From a virus, in IMG/VR virus record IMGVR_UViG_3300045988_099805, positions 1 to 61,173 of that record: a stretch of DNA of 61,173 nucleotides; one strand, written 5' to 3'. The stretch's first letter is position 1. Each line of letters starts with the position of its first letter. Made by a program: the position numbers and the translations under genes. Below are positions 33,784-43,619 of the stretch, piece after piece. The notes under the pieces are model-generated. The model had not been told where the DNA came from. It made no database searches and saw only the letters and a program-made list of their open reading frames with translations.

Positions 33784-36384
33784 ATGGACAGTAAATATTC
33801 GATAAGCGAACCTCAAGAAGTGCTTTCTTCTGATTATTTAGGGACTTTTCTTATAAGGCAGAATGCTAATCAGTATGCTTGTAAGAAAAAAACGGATACA
33901 GAAGAATGGTGGGCGATTGGAATGATTGCTAATGACGGAACGTATTGGCATCCTCTGATTGTTTCAAACACAGAAGCTTATTGCTATTCATATAGCGATA
34001 ATTACAATAACGGAAATCCGCTTTCTAATAAAACGGCGAGCTTTGATTATAACGGGACAATGTATTATGCTTCATTTGGCGCATATGGTTCTGTTGGCGG
34101 CAGTGTGTCGACAAATGTTTCGATACCAGTTTATTCAGAAACAAAATCTTCTGACATTTCGCATATGGCACAAATCCTTTTAGGACTGCATTTGCAGGAT
34201 GGTGGTACGTTGCCTAGCGGGGACGATTCTTCTGGAAACTATCAAAAAGTCGATTATTTGAGAATCAACTGGGAAAACAAGTCTGAAAGCTTGAAAACTC
34301 CAATTGATAAGGGCAATCTCAATAAAATGGATAAAGCTATTGCTGATTTGTGTGCCAATCTCGATATTGCTCATACAGAATCGGAGGTTAAAAAGCTTGA
34401 TAAATCTTCAGCAAATAAGCTTCTTTCCGAAACGCCAACATGGGATGCAGAAACAGGAATTTTGACATTTAAGTTTTTTGACGGAACAAGCTTCAGCGTT
34501 GATTTTAATGTCGAAAAAATCCCTGTTTCTTTTTCAATGGATAGTAATGGCGTTATCACAATGACTACCGATGATGGAACGGAGTGGACTGCAGATGTTA
34601 GTAAACTCATTCAAGATTACAACTTTAATAACGGTCTTAGAATTTCTTTTACAAAAACGAAAAATGAGGATGGTTATGAGGTTAGCGCAGATCTTGTAAA
34701 GGGGAGTATAACGGAAGAGTATCTTGAGGAGAATTATCTTGCAAATATAATTAGTAATGTAAATGCTTCTAACACCAATGCTTCCAACGCCGCTACAAGT
34801 GCTACAAACGCCGCTAACGATGCTAAATTGGCTCAAAGCTATGCGATAGGCAGTAGCGGTATTCGTGATGGAGAGGATACCGATAACGCAAAATACTATT
34901 CACAGCAAGCGAGTAAGGCGAAGCAGGAGATTTTAGATTCTATGAATATTGCTGGTCGTGGGCTTACTGTAGAATACGATGCAGATTCGAAAAGAAATGT
35001 TTTTGCGTTGGCGAGAGAATGTGTTCAGATTACAGATTGGAATACACAGTTTTACACAGGATTTTATGGAAGTAGCGTTTCGGCAAATGGTGTTCCTAGC
35101 GATGCCGCAAATTATGGGACTGCATTTTTTGGGATTGTATTGCAAGCTACGGACAGCGCAAATCGTTCTTCGGTTGTTTATCAAACCGGAATTGTTTATA
35201 AGAACAGCAGAACAGATTTTTCCGGAATTAAGAAGTATGAAAGAGTTTATGCGCAGGGTCAGTGGTCGTCGTGGGAGGATACAAACTCTTTTCGCGATGA
35301 AGATAAAACCAATCTTGACAATCTTGTTTTGCAAATTGGAAATCATTATGTGAAAAAAGATGTACCAGAAAATGCAGTATTTACTGATACAGTATATGAT
35401 GATACAGAAGTAAAAGAAAGCATTTCATCACAATCCACAGAAATAACGGAAATTAAAATGCTGGGGTGGAGTGTACCTAAAGAATGCCCTGTACAGAATG
35501 AAGTGAATGGTAATAAGTTTGTACAGAAGGTTGGTAGGGTTGATTTAGGAAGTTTAGATTGGCGTTATGATGCTACAAGCGATCACGAACGATTTAGGAG
35601 TTCTGCTTTATCTCTTATTAAGTCACCAGAATTAAATAGTGTACTAGCAAATATTTATACCAACGGATATATTACTAATTCAGCAAATGGCACATATTTA
35701 CACGCCAACGATAAGAGTATAGCTGTTGATACTGATAGTACTGTATATGTGTATGATTCTGCCTATACAGATGCATCTGCTTTTAAATCAGCAATGCAAG
35801 GTCAATATCTCTACTATGAGTTTGCAACACCTATCACTACCACGATTGATGGAAATGAGATTGGAGAAACAGTTAGTGATGTAAGAAAAGAAACCACTGT
35901 AAACTTATTAAAGCCTACTTTGGAAACTACTACTAAAAATGGAGTTACTTGCACCAATAACGGGGATGGTACTTATACTTTAAAAGGTACTGCTAGTGCA
36001 GGTGCAAACTTTTTTTTACAAGGTAGTTATGGAGGTCATACGCCTATTATAAATAAAGTAGGACGCTTTAAATTAACGCCCCTTACCGGAACTTATGTTA
36101 ACCTACGCGTACAACTATACCACAATGTAACCGCTTTAACTGTAACAGATAATATAGTTACAGTTACGCAAGACACATTGATTACTCTATTTAATGTACG
36201 AACTGTAGAGGGCGTCACATATAATAATGCAATTATTAAACCAATGATTACAACAAACTTTTCAGCTACCTATGATGACTTTGTCCCATATACAGGTGAT
36301 ACAGGTAGCCTTAATGGAGATGTGGCTGAGTTGAGAGAAAATGTAGACAATTTAGTAGAACTTGGAGAAGATATTACAGATTAG
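33784..36384 (+). CDS. tail fibre / receptor-binding protein
   Basis: 866 aa, with an NASNTNASNAATSATNAAND stalk-like repeat. Assigned by position. Confidence 0.5.
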   Translation: MDSKYSISEPQEVLSSDYLGTFLIRQNANQYACKKKTDTEEWWAIGMIANDGTYWHPLIVSNTEAYCYSYSDNYNNGNPLSNKTASFDYNGTMYYASFGAYGSVGGSVSTNVSIPVYSETKSSDISHMAQILLGLHLQDGGTLPSGDDSSGNYQKVDYLRINWENKSESLKTPIDKGNLNKMDKAIADLCANLDIAHTESEVKKLDKSSANKLLSETPTWDAETGILTFKFFDGTSFSVDFNVEKIPVSFSMDSNGVITMTTDDGTEWTADVSKLIQDYNFNNGLRISFTKTKNEDGYEVSADLVKGSITEEYLEENYLANIISNVNASNTNASNAATSATNAANDAKLAQSYAIGSSGIRDGEDTDNAKYYSQQASKAKQEILDSMNIAGRGLTVEYDADSKRNVFALARECVQITDWNTQFYTGFYGSSVSANGVPSDAANYGTAFFGIVLQATDSANRSSVVYQTGIVYKNSRTDFSGIKKYERVYAQGQWSSWEDTNSFRDEDKTNLDNLVLQIGNHYVKKDVPENAVFTDTVYDDTEVKESISSQSTEITEIKMLGWSVPKECPVQNEVNGNKFVQKVGRVDLGSLDWRYDATSDHERFRSSALSLIKSPELNSVLANIYTNGYITNSANGTYLHANDKSIAVDTDSTVYVYDSAYTDASAFKSAMQGQYLYYEFATPITTTIDGNEIGETVSDVRKETTVNLLKPTLETTTKNGVTCTNNGDGTYTLKGTASAGANFFLQGSYGGHTPIINKVGRFKLTPLTGTYVNLRVQLYHNVTALTVTDNIVTVTQDTLITLFNVRTVEGVTYNNAIIKPMITTNFSATYDDFVPYTGDTGSLNGDVAELRENVDNLVELGEDITD

Positions 36385-36397
36385 GAGGTAAACAACT

Positions 36398-38020
36398 ATG
36401 GCTTATAAAACAGGATGGATGAAGAAAATCATTAACGGAGTTTCAACAAAGGTATTTGCCTTTGCTCATGCAAAGACGGTTTATTCGGATTTTACGAACA
36501 AATTGACATTAGAAGATAAGGTAAAAACAAAAAAGATTCAAATTTTCGCAGACGCTACCATCGATTACTACAGAGAAATAGAACCAATAGCAGGAGACGT
36601 TTCGATTCTTACCCCTCCGATTGTCGTGAACGGTTCTGAAAGCTCATATGATCCTAACGGTGGAGAATCAATTAGCGGCGAAAATTACACATATAGCCAA
36701 AAAAATGAAACAAACTTAAATATTCTTGATTCGCTTATTTCATCCGCTCAAACAACATCGGGGATTAAAGTGACGCCCAGAAATTCAACTGGCTTTGGTG
36801 GTAATTACTATCGAGTTAGCGGGACGGCTACGGAAGACGTTACCATTCCGCTTTACTCCGTATCAAACCCGTTGAGTGACGCACTTTGGTTTGCTGGGAA
36901 TATCAGTTCATCAATGTCAGCAAATACATTTTATTACTTGATTTCTGACACGGCAGGTAATAGCGTAGAAATCGGAACGGATGAAGCTAAAACGCAAAGC
37001 GTAAAGCTGGGAACTCACAGCGGAACAGTGACCGTATCGCTGGTTGTTAAGAGCGGAACCAAAGTAACTCTTAACGCAGTCGTTAGGGGAGGATACAAAA
37101 AGCAATATACCTTTTACGATGTTGGAAGTAAAAAATATTCGGACAAGATCGACAATGTTGTAGATGCAGTGCTTGACGTGAAAAATACAGCTAATTTTTC
37201 ACATAACATTCCGAGAATTGTTCAAAAAGACATTACATCGTATATTACAGACGGTACTTTTTATAAGCGTTTGAACGGAACGGATGGTTTTGATCTTTTT
37301 GAAGATATTTACGTTGGAGATTATATTAAAATGTCCCGTGCAATTACTTGTCCAGATTCGACTAATGGAACTGTTGGTAGCCAGTATGTCACAATCGCTG
37401 GTTTGGATACTATGATGTATAATGGTGAAGATGGTAAATATGTAAATTATCACCATGCAGTTATGGTTCCTGGTCAAGGCTTTGAAGGAATACAGCATTT
37501 CGGTAGACACGCTATGAACGCAACAAACACAACGGAGGGTGGATATGTTGCGTCAGTGATGGATCAATCGGTTTTAGGGGCAGTTGCAACAGAAGGTTCT
37601 ACTGCTAGTGGAGCAACAATCAATCAGCAATTATATGCCGAGTTTGGAAGTCATCTGAAAACAACAGATGAATTACTATCGAGTAGCATCAACGCAACCG
37701 GCATAAATCGTTTTGGAATGGCTAGTGGGTGCAGTGATAATTGGGGTTGGGCTATGAGACAGGCTGTGCTTATGAGTGAAGTTGAGGTTTACGGTTCCCC
37801 TATTTGGTCATCCAGCGGATATGATACGGGTATTGCGAAAGTGCAGTTGCCGCTTTTTGTTAATAGTAGAAGAGCAATGAATAGTCGGACATCATGGTAC
37901 TGTCTTAAAGATGTAGCGTCTTCTTCTCGTTTCTGCGTTTGCAACGACACTGGCAGTGCGTACTACAGTGGTGCAGGCAATACATGGAATGGTGTGCGTC
38001 CTCGGTTTATACTCTCATAG
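36398..38020 (+). CDS. tail fibre / receptor-binding protein with C-terminal ...GVRPRFILS motif
   Basis: 540 aa. The C-terminus resembles the GVRPFCI ending of the DGR targets at the protein level only. Confidence 0.5.
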   Translation: MAYKTGWMKKIINGVSTKVFAFAHAKTVYSDFTNKLTLEDKVKTKKIQIFADATIDYYREIEPIAGDVSILTPPIVVNGSESSYDPNGGESISGENYTYSQKNETNLNILDSLISSAQTTSGIKVTPRNSTGFGGNYYRVSGTATEDVTIPLYSVSNPLSDALWFAGNISSSMSANTFYYLISDTAGNSVEIGTDEAKTQSVKLGTHSGTVTVSLVVKSGTKVTLNAVVRGGYKKQYTFYDVGSKKYSDKIDNVVDAVLDVKNTANFSHNIPRIVQKDITSYITDGTFYKRLNGTDGFDLFEDIYVGDYIKMSRAITCPDSTNGTVGSQYVTIAGLDTMMYNGEDGKYVNYHHAVMVPGQGFEGIQHFGRHAMNATNTTEGGYVASVMDQSVLGAVATEGSTASGATINQQLYAEFGSHLKTTDELLSSSINATGINRFGMASGCSDNWGWAMRQAVLMSEVEVYGSPIWSSSGYDTGIAKVQLPLFVNSRRAMNSRTSWYCLKDVASSSRFCVCNDTGSAYYSGAGNTWNGVRPRFILS

Positions 38021-38075
38021 TAGCCGCTCACCACTTTGTATAAGGAATTTAATGAAATGTTTGGAGGTAACTATT

Positions 38076-38375
38076 ATGGAAAAAGAATTTGAAGAAATGA
38101 TGAAGAAACAGGCAAAAAGACAGGAGTTAGAAGCGGAGCTTCGATGCTTGCAGTCTGATTTACAGCATAACACATCCAATTGCGGTGATTGGCGAATGGC
38201 AAAGGCTATGGAAAAACTTATTGTTGGCTTGCAGGATTGCGAAGCGGATAATGTTGGTAAATTTGTAAAGGACTGGGCTTCGGACACATACACTTCCATC
38301 TGTGATGAGATTCAGAACCGTGTAGAAAAGAGGAAACGTGTAAATGAAATCGAAGAAGCACTGAATGAAATTTAA
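38076..38375 (+). CDS. hypothetical coiled-coil protein (99 aa)
   Basis: ATG 38076 follows GGAGGT. The track ORF 37956.. is an upstream run-on. Confidence 0.5.
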   Translation: MEKEFEEMMKKQAKRQELEAELRCLQSDLQHNTSNCGDWRMAKAMEKLIVGLQDCEADNVGKFVKDWASDTYTSICDEIQNRVEKRKRVNEIEEALNEI

Positions 38376-38378
38376 TTA

Positions 38379-38406
38379 AGAGGGGGCATCTGCCCCCTCT
38401 TTTTTA
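38379..38406. terminator. strong intrinsic terminator between convergent genes
   Basis: agagggggca/tgccccctct stem followed by TTTTTT. Confidence 0.85.
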
Positions 38407-38420
38407 TTGCCAAAATTCAA

Positions 38421-39215
38421 TTACCGAACGCCCCATTTTCCGTTGCTGTCGATAAATCCGACCACATAGCCTATCTTATCGTCAATTTTGCTGTCTGGGA
38501 TAATGTCAGAATCGCCAAAAAGCGATATGTAATGTTTTTCTTTCCTGCCGTTCCGGACGCTGATTTCTTTCTTGACAATGTAGATACCGCCACCACTGGT
38601 AATAATGCAATGCTCACCTTTGACAGCTTCACGGTCGCAGGCAACCAGTACAATCTCATTTTCCATATAGTATGGCATATAACTGTCATTAGGAATTTTA
38701 ATTCCCGTATAAGCCTTGGATTTCACATTTGACGGAAAATTCTCTAAATTGACCATTTCAGATACGTTTGTAGTTGCTAGGATTCCATTTTCATACTTCG
38801 GAACGAATACAGAGATATAATTAGATTTATTACTTACTTTTGAGTATAGCATTTTCTGATGGCGTATAAAGTATCGAACTAACAGCAGTGCATTTTCGGG
38901 TAGTCCACGGCAGATTTCCACGCTTTCCCGCATTTCCTTTGTCATAGTCTGACAGCCGACCAATTCATCAATGCTGACTTGTAATGCCCTTGCCAGTGCT
39001 ATGACGGTAGACAGCCGTATTCCCTGCTTGTCTTTGTATAGCAGATTGTTTATCGTTGGTATCGGTACTCCCGACTGTTCCGAAATATCCCGTATCGTAA
39101 TATCAGGGTCCTGAACGTACATTTCCACGTTACGGCGTAGCGTGGCGATATCGTCCACTTTGTCAGAGCGAATCAACTTTGTCGAAATTTGTTTCAATTT
39201 TTCATCCCTTATCAT
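38421..39215 (-). CDS. CI/LexA-like repressor (HTH_XRE plus S24 peptidase-like C-terminal domain)
   Basis: ...IRLSTVIALARALQVSIDELVG is an HTH. The C-terminal ...EIVLVACDREAVKGEHCIITSGGGIYIVKK is S24-like. Confidence 0.7.
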   Translation of the reverse strand: MIRDEKLKQISTKLIRSDKVDDIATLRRNVEMYVQDPDITIRDISEQSGVPIPTINNLLYKDKQGIRLSTVIALARALQVSIDELVGCQTMTKEMRESVEICRGLPENALLLVRYFIRHQKMLYSKVSNKSNYISVFVPKYENGILATTNVSEMVNLENFPSNVKSKAYTGIKIPNDSYMPYYMENEIVLVACDREAVKGEHCIITSGGGIYIVKKEISVRNGRKEKHYISLFGDSDIIPDSKIDDKIGYVVGFIDSNGKWGVR

Positions 39216-39373
39216 ACTTTCTCCTCCTATTAAGCGTGCTATGATATATGTACCCCCCTACAAAGAGGGGGACTTCAAGTTTTGGCATAGGGGCGGTAGT
39301 TATTGGCGTTTCTGCCGTCCCGAAATTTTAAGCACATAAAAATTTTACGATGATTTACGAATGAAGTCAAGTA

Positions 39374-39402
39374 TTGACATACAAGAACATACGTTCTATA
39401 AT
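39374..39402 (+). promoter_or_regulatory. consensus promoter with GAAC-N4-GTTC operator in the spacer
   Basis: TTGACA (39374-79), 17 nt (tacaaGAACATACGTTC), TATAAT (39397-402). Confidence 0.7.
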
Positions 39403-39443
39403 GGGGTAAATCGTCACTGGGAGATTGGCTATGGAGGTATTTT

Positions 39444-39590
39444 ATGGAAAAGGATGAATTGAAACAGGAAATTGAAACGGAAGAAAAGAAAAAGGAACAT
39501 ATCGACAAGATAAATAATATCCTCGATATGCTCCCTTGTAATGAATGTGAAAGAATGTTACACTATATGTTAGTGTTATTCTTTTCTTGA
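39444..39590 (+). CDS. hypothetical small protein (48 aa)
   Basis: GGAGG RBS. Read manually. Its 3' end overlaps the convergent XRE gene by 28 nt. Confidence 0.4.
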   Translation: MEKDELKQEIETEEKKKEHIDKINNILDMLPCNECERMLHYMLVLFFS

Positions 39591-39937
39591 GCAGATAACA
39601 AATCGTCAATCAGATGTAGTACAGCTTTCTTATGAGCATTTGAAAGGTTTCTGTACTTAGATACCAAATGAGCATCGCCACCGCCTACGGACGTGTGGCG
39701 ATTTGCTTCTTCATATTCGCTTTCCCACCCAACTAATACTTCGCTTTTAACTGAAAGTGCATTTGCTATTATTTCAATAGTCTTTACATCTAATTTCTTA
39801 ATGTTGCCAGCTTCGTATTTTTGAATGGTAGCTTCTGTTAAGCCAACTTTATCGGCTAACTCTTTTAATGTCAAAGCCCGTTCTTTTCGGTATTTCTTAA
39901 TTCTGTTACCTACTTCTACACAAAAGTCGGATGCCAT
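39563..39937 (-). CDS. XRE-family HTH repressor (124 aa)
   Basis: ...RALTLKELADKVGLTEATIQKYEAGN... Confidence 0.7.
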   Translation of the reverse strand: MASDFCVEVGNRIKKYRKERALTLKELADKVGLTEATIQKYEAGNIKKLDVKTIEIIANALSVKSEVLVGWESEYEEANRHTSVGGGDAHLVSKYRNLSNAHKKAVLHLIDDLLSAQEKNNTNI

Positions 39938-40089
39938 AAAATCACCTCCTTCCTGTTGTGATGTTATAATTCTATCGTATTATGATAAAAATGTAAATAA
40001 AGAATATAAAAAACTTTCATAACACGATTGACAAATATATCATCGTATGATAGTATAATATCACGATATGAAAGAAAAGAGGTGATTGT
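39938..40089. promoter_or_regulatory. divergent immunity-switch promoters and operators
   Basis: The leftward promoter (minus strand) reads TTTACA, 17 nt, TAGAAT (39969-39997). The rightward promoter has TTGACA at 40028 with TAGTAT/TATAAT about 40051-59. The repeated TCGTAT..ATGATA / TATCACGATA motifs overlap both. Confidence 0.5.
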
Positions 40090-40290
40090 ATGAATTTACC
40101 AAAACTCAAAGGTGTTATTCGTGAGAAAGGTCAGAATTATATTGCTTGCTCTAACGCTATTGGTAAAAGCGTTGCTTCATTTAATTCCAAAATGAACGGA
40201 AAGGTTTCTTTTACTATTGAGGAGCTAGAAGACCTTGGCAACTTTCTTGGAATGACAGACGGAGAGAAAGTAGAAATTTTTTTGCACTAA
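40090..40290 (+). CDS. Cro-like / DUF739-type small HTH protein
   Basis: 66 aa, first gene of the rightward operon. GAGGTG RBS. Confidence 0.55.
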   Translation: MNLPKLKGVIREKGQNYIACSNAIGKSVASFNSKMNGKVSFTIEELEDLGNFLGMTDGEKVEIFLH

Positions 40291-40334
40291 AACTATCATA
40301 ATGTGATAGTTTCTGAAAGGGGGTGCGAAAGTGA

Positions 40335-40607
40335 ATGGGAATTTATAGTCTTAAGAATTTTTCAAAGGATGAAATCCTTGATATCTACTGGAATCTGAAA
40401 TACGGGATTTGGGATAGGCGTATCGGAAAGATGCCAGCAGGATATAACAAGGTGTATCGTCACAGAGACTTCTCTAAAAAGTACATTGAGTACATAGAGA
40501 AGAAAACAACTCCTAAAGAACGAAAGAGGTATCAAATGGTAGTTATTCATAAGGATTGTACCGAATCGGAGTTTGAGAAATACTGGGAGAATCTAAAAGC
40601 TAATTAA
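40335..40607 (+). CDS. hypothetical protein (90 aa)
   Basis: Track ORF. GGGGGTG RBS. Confidence 0.5.
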   Translation: MGIYSLKNFSKDEILDIYWNLKYGIWDRRIGKMPAGYNKVYRHRDFSKKYIEYIEKKTTPKERKRYQMVVIHKDCTESEFEKYWENLKAN

Positions 40608-40923
40608 GACTGACAACCAGTGCGATTACGGAAATTATAAGGGCTATGAAGTCGATCAATTTGTCGAAAATGTATTTTCGGATGCAATGCCATTGATATT
40701 CTCTGTAATACAACCCTTTTCCTTCTAATAGGAATGCTGTTTTTTCTTTGTTCCCAAAGGAAATTGCACCATTTTCTTCGAGATTTCTCAAAGAAATCAT
40801 ATATTTTTCTGGTGGCATTTTGCATTCTTGGAATATGTCTCTGTAATCATAAAAGTTGTTTGGGAGTTGCGGCTTTTGATTCTTTATTATATTGAGTATT
40901 TTTATATCATTTCTAAAAAGCAT
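40600..40923 (-). CDS. hypothetical wHTH-like protein with C-terminal TM anchor
   Basis: C-terminal LIDFIALIISVIALVVSL. AGGAGGA RBS on the minus strand. Confidence 0.5.
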   Translation of the reverse strand: MLFRNDIKILNIIKNQKPQLPNNFYDYRDIFQECKMPPEKYMISLRNLEENGAISFGNKEKTAFLLEGKGLYYREYQWHCIRKYIFDKLIDFIALIISVIALVVSLN

Positions 40924-40974
40924 ATGAAATCCTCCTAAATTTTTTAGGACATTATATCACAGAAAGGAGATTAG

Positions 40975-41718
40975 ATGGAAGATTTACAGATTTTTCAAAA
41001 CAGTGAGTTTGGAAATGTACGCACACTTCAAATCGAAGGAAAGCCGTATTTTGTAGCAACGGATGTGGCTACAGCACTTGGATATTCCAATCCTAGAAAG
41101 GCTATAAAAGACCATTGCAAGGGAGTAACGAAACGTGACACCCCTACATCTAGTGGTACACAATCAATGTCATACATAAATGAGGGAGATTTGTACCGAT
41201 TGATTATGAAGTCGAAATTGCCGTCAGCAGAGCGATTTGAAAGTTGGGTTATGGACGAGGTATTGCCGTCAATCAGAAAGAACGGCGGTTACATTGACGG
41301 GCAGGAGCATCTATCTGATGAAGAACTGATGGCAAAGGCGTTGGTCGTTGCCAATAACAAAATCGCAGAGAGGGACAGGATTATTCAGCGTATGAAACCA
41401 AAAGAGGTTTTTGCTGATGCGGTTGCAACCAGTAAGACGTCAATCCTTGTTGGCGATTTGGCAAAACTGATTTGTCAGAATGGCTACCAGATAGGGCAGA
41501 AACGATTGTTTGAGTGGTTACGGAGCAACGGCTACTTAATCAAAAGTGGTTCGTCAAGGAATATGCCGCAACAGCGGTATGTCGAGCAGGGGCTTTTCGA
41601 GGTGAAAGAAAGCAATTTTCAGAATCCCGATGGCAGTGTGAGAATTACCCGAACCACAAAGGTTAGCGGTAAAGGTCAGATTTACTTTATCAATAAGTTT
41701 AAGCAGATGGAAATTTAA
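40975..41718 (+). CDS. antirepressor (BRO-N plus KilAC/ANT C-terminal domain)
   Basis: MEDLQIFQNSEFGNVRTLQIEGKPYFVATDVATALGY... A paralogue of 9579..10313. Confidence 0.8.
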   Translation: MEDLQIFQNSEFGNVRTLQIEGKPYFVATDVATALGYSNPRKAIKDHCKGVTKRDTPTSSGTQSMSYINEGDLYRLIMKSKLPSAERFESWVMDEVLPSIRKNGGYIDGQEHLSDEELMAKALVVANNKIAERDRIIQRMKPKEVFADAVATSKTSILVGDLAKLICQNGYQIGQKRLFEWLRSNGYLIKSGSSRNMPQQRYVEQGLFEVKESNFQNPDGSVRITRTTKVSGKGQIYFINKFKQMEI

Positions 41719-41732
41719 GAAAGGAGACGTTT

Positions 41733-42554
41733 ATGTCAGTTAAAGGTTACAAAGCTTACGAAAAAGGAATGATTTGCAAAGGAAAGCAGTATGAGGAAAA
41801 TACTACTTACGAGGAAAGCGGAAACGAAATTTGTGAATCTGGTGTTATGCATTTTTGCAAGGAGCCGTTCGACGTGCTTAATTATTATCCATTAGTAGAT
41901 GAAAATGGCAATATTTCTGAATTTTCAGAGGTGGAAGCTGTCGGAGATGTATACGAAAAAGAGGATAAATGTGCCACGAACAAATTACACGTCGGTTTAA
42001 AGCTTGGTCTTAAAGGATTTATTAAAGCGTGTGTTGACTTTACAATCGAAAAGACAGGATTTACCTGTGATGATTCAGGCGAAAACGACAGCAAAGGAGG
42101 AAACGCAAAGATTGGTAGCTCTGGAGATTACGCACAGATTGGTAGCTCTGGACATTACGCACAGATTGGTAGCTCTGGAGATTACGCAAAGATTGGTAGC
42201 TCTGGATATTACGCACAGATTGGTAGCTCTGGAGATTCCGCAAAGATTGGTAGCTCTGGAGATTCAGCACAGATTGGTAGCTCTGGAGATTCCGCAAAGA
42301 TTGGTAGCTCTGGAGATTCCGCAAAGATTGAATCGGAAGGAAAACACTCCGTAATAATGGCGGCTGGAATGGACTCTGTTGCAAAAGCAAAAATTGGCAG
42401 TTGGATTACATTGGCTGAATGGGAAAGAAAAAATGAAAACGATAATTCTTATTGGATTCCGGTATGCGTCAAAACAGAATGTGTTGACGGAGAAAAAATT
42501 AAAGAAGATACGTTTTACCGATTAAAAAACGGAGAATTTGTGGAGCTTGAATAG
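41733..42554 (+). CDS. hypothetical protein with eight tandem IGSSGDxAx nonapeptides
   Basis: N-terminal ...GYKAYEKGMICKGKQYEENTTYE...GVMHFCKEPFDVLNYY, then the 27-bp repeats. Confidence 0.6.
   Translation: MSVKGYKAYEKGMICKGKQYEENTTYEESGNEICESGVMHFCKEPFDVLNYYPLVDENGNISEFSEVEAVGDVYEKEDKCATNKLHVGLKLGLKGFIKACVDFTIEKTGFTCDDSGENDSKGGNAKIGSSGDYAQIGSSGHYAQIGSSGDYAKIGSSGYYAQIGSSGDSAKIGSSGDSAQIGSSGDSAKIGSSGDSAKIESEGKHSVIMAAGMDSVAKAKIGSWITLAEWERKNENDNSYWIPVCVKTECVDGEKIKEDTFYRLKNGEFVELE
42111..42326 (+). repeat. 8 x 27-bp in-frame tandem repeat
   Basis: attggtagctctggagattacgcacag units with substitutions mostly in codons 6-9. Confidence 0.9.
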
Positions 42555-42671
42555 AAATTATTTTGGAGAAAGAATATGGACGAGAACAAAATAATTGATC
42601 GTTTGATAGAGATTTTATTTCTATTTGCGATAACGTCGGCACTGGCTAGGCTTTTATGAAAGGAGAAAAAG

Positions 42672-42854
42672 ATGGAAGTTAAAGAGCTGTTGGAGCTTTA
42701 TATGTACGATGATGACGAAGTTTTTGTTTTTGAAACAGGGGAGGAGAAGCAGATATTCAAAGGCACGATAACAGACGTTCCGGAGGATATCGAAAGTAGA
42801 TTTGTTTCGGGCTTTGGTTTCAACGAATTTAATGAGTTTGTTATCAATGTTTAG
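42672..42854 (+). CDS. hypothetical small acidic protein (60 aa)
   Basis: AGGAGAAAAAG RBS. Confidence 0.5.
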   Translation: MEVKELLELYMYDDDEVFVFETGEEKQIFKGTITDVPEDIESRFVSGFGFNEFNEFVINV

Positions 42855-42866
42855 AAAGGAAGAAAA

Positions 42867-43307
42867 ATGAAAAGAAAGAAAATAGCACTGTTTGTGTTTG
42901 CGGTAGTCGTACCGCTGTTGATGGTAGCGGATATCGGATGCCAGTTTGACGGGCTTCTTAATAATAGGGAGGTAATCGTGCAGGCAAAACCGAAAAAGAA
43001 AGCTTCTATCGTTTGGAAGAAGTATAAAGTTACAGCATATTGCCCTTGTCGGAAATGCTCCGGCAGATGGGGAAGATTGACTGCGACAGGAGCGAAAGCA
43101 AAGCAGGGACGTACCATTGCAGTTGACCCGAAGGTGATTTCTTATGGAACGAAGTTACACCTAAATGGAATCGGAAAATTTACCGCCGAGGATTGCGGGG
43201 CAAAAATCAAAGGGAACAAGTTGGACATTTACTTTGACAGTCATAAGGATGCAGAAGAGTTTGGCGTTCAGACGGTCAAAGTTAGGATTTTGAAGAAAGG
43301 AGAATAG
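42867..43307 (+). CDS. 3D-domain (MltA/RlpA-like) cell-wall protein with N-terminal signal/anchor
   Basis: ...YKVTAYCPCRKCSGRWGRLTATGAKAKQGRTIAVDPKVI...KLDIYFDS... Confidence 0.7.
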   Translation: MKRKKIALFVFAVVVPLLMVADIGCQFDGLLNNREVIVQAKPKKKASIVWKKYKVTAYCPCRKCSGRWGRLTATGAKAKQGRTIAVDPKVISYGTKLHLNGIGKFTAEDCGAKIKGNKLDIYFDSHKDAEEFGVQTVKVRILKKGE

Positions 43308-43310
43308 GAT

Positions 43311-43421
43311 ATGTGGATAAATCCGTTTTGGGCTGGAGTTTTAACCGTTGTCGGAATTGAACTGCTGGCATTTGTGGCAATCATTCTGTACATAGGATTC
43401 AAGCACGATGACAAGGAGTGA
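43311..43421 (+). CDS. tiny single-TM peptide (36 aa)
   Basis: AAAGGAGAA RBS. Read manually. Confidence 0.35.
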   Translation: MWINPFWAGVLTVVGIELLAFVAIILYIGFKHDDKE

Positions 43422-43429
43422 TTTGTGGG

Positions 43430-43615
43430 ATGGCACAGTTAAAGAGACCAAAGAAATTGAGCCGACGTCAGCGTGAGTTGTGCAGTTTTAACTTTATGAA
43501 CGCCGATGACTGGCTGTTGTTGGAGGAAATGGAGTTTTATATTCGATTTATCAACAAGACCACAGGAAAGGTTAGATATGTCGATAAGCTCCGGTTTGAA
43601 ATAGAAAGGATGTAG
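43430..43615 (+). CDS. hypothetical protein (61 aa)
   Basis: ATG within track ORF 43418..43615. Confidence 0.45.
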   Translation: MAQLKRPKKLSRRQRELCSFNFMNADDWLLLEEMEFYIRFINKTTGKVRYVDKLRFEIERM

Positions 43616-43619
43616 GAAA

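Noticed and set aside
37957-38020. Tail-fibre C-terminus (..NTWNGVRPRFILS) as a third DGR variable repeat
   Set aside because: The DNA matches the TR at only about two-thirds of positions, with many non-adenine mismatches. The similarity is at the protein or fold level only.
42004-42390. ORFs 42004..42354(+) and 42061..42390(-) with repetitive translations
   Set aside because: They are alternative-frame and antisense readings of the 27-bp tandem repeat inside gene 41733..42554.
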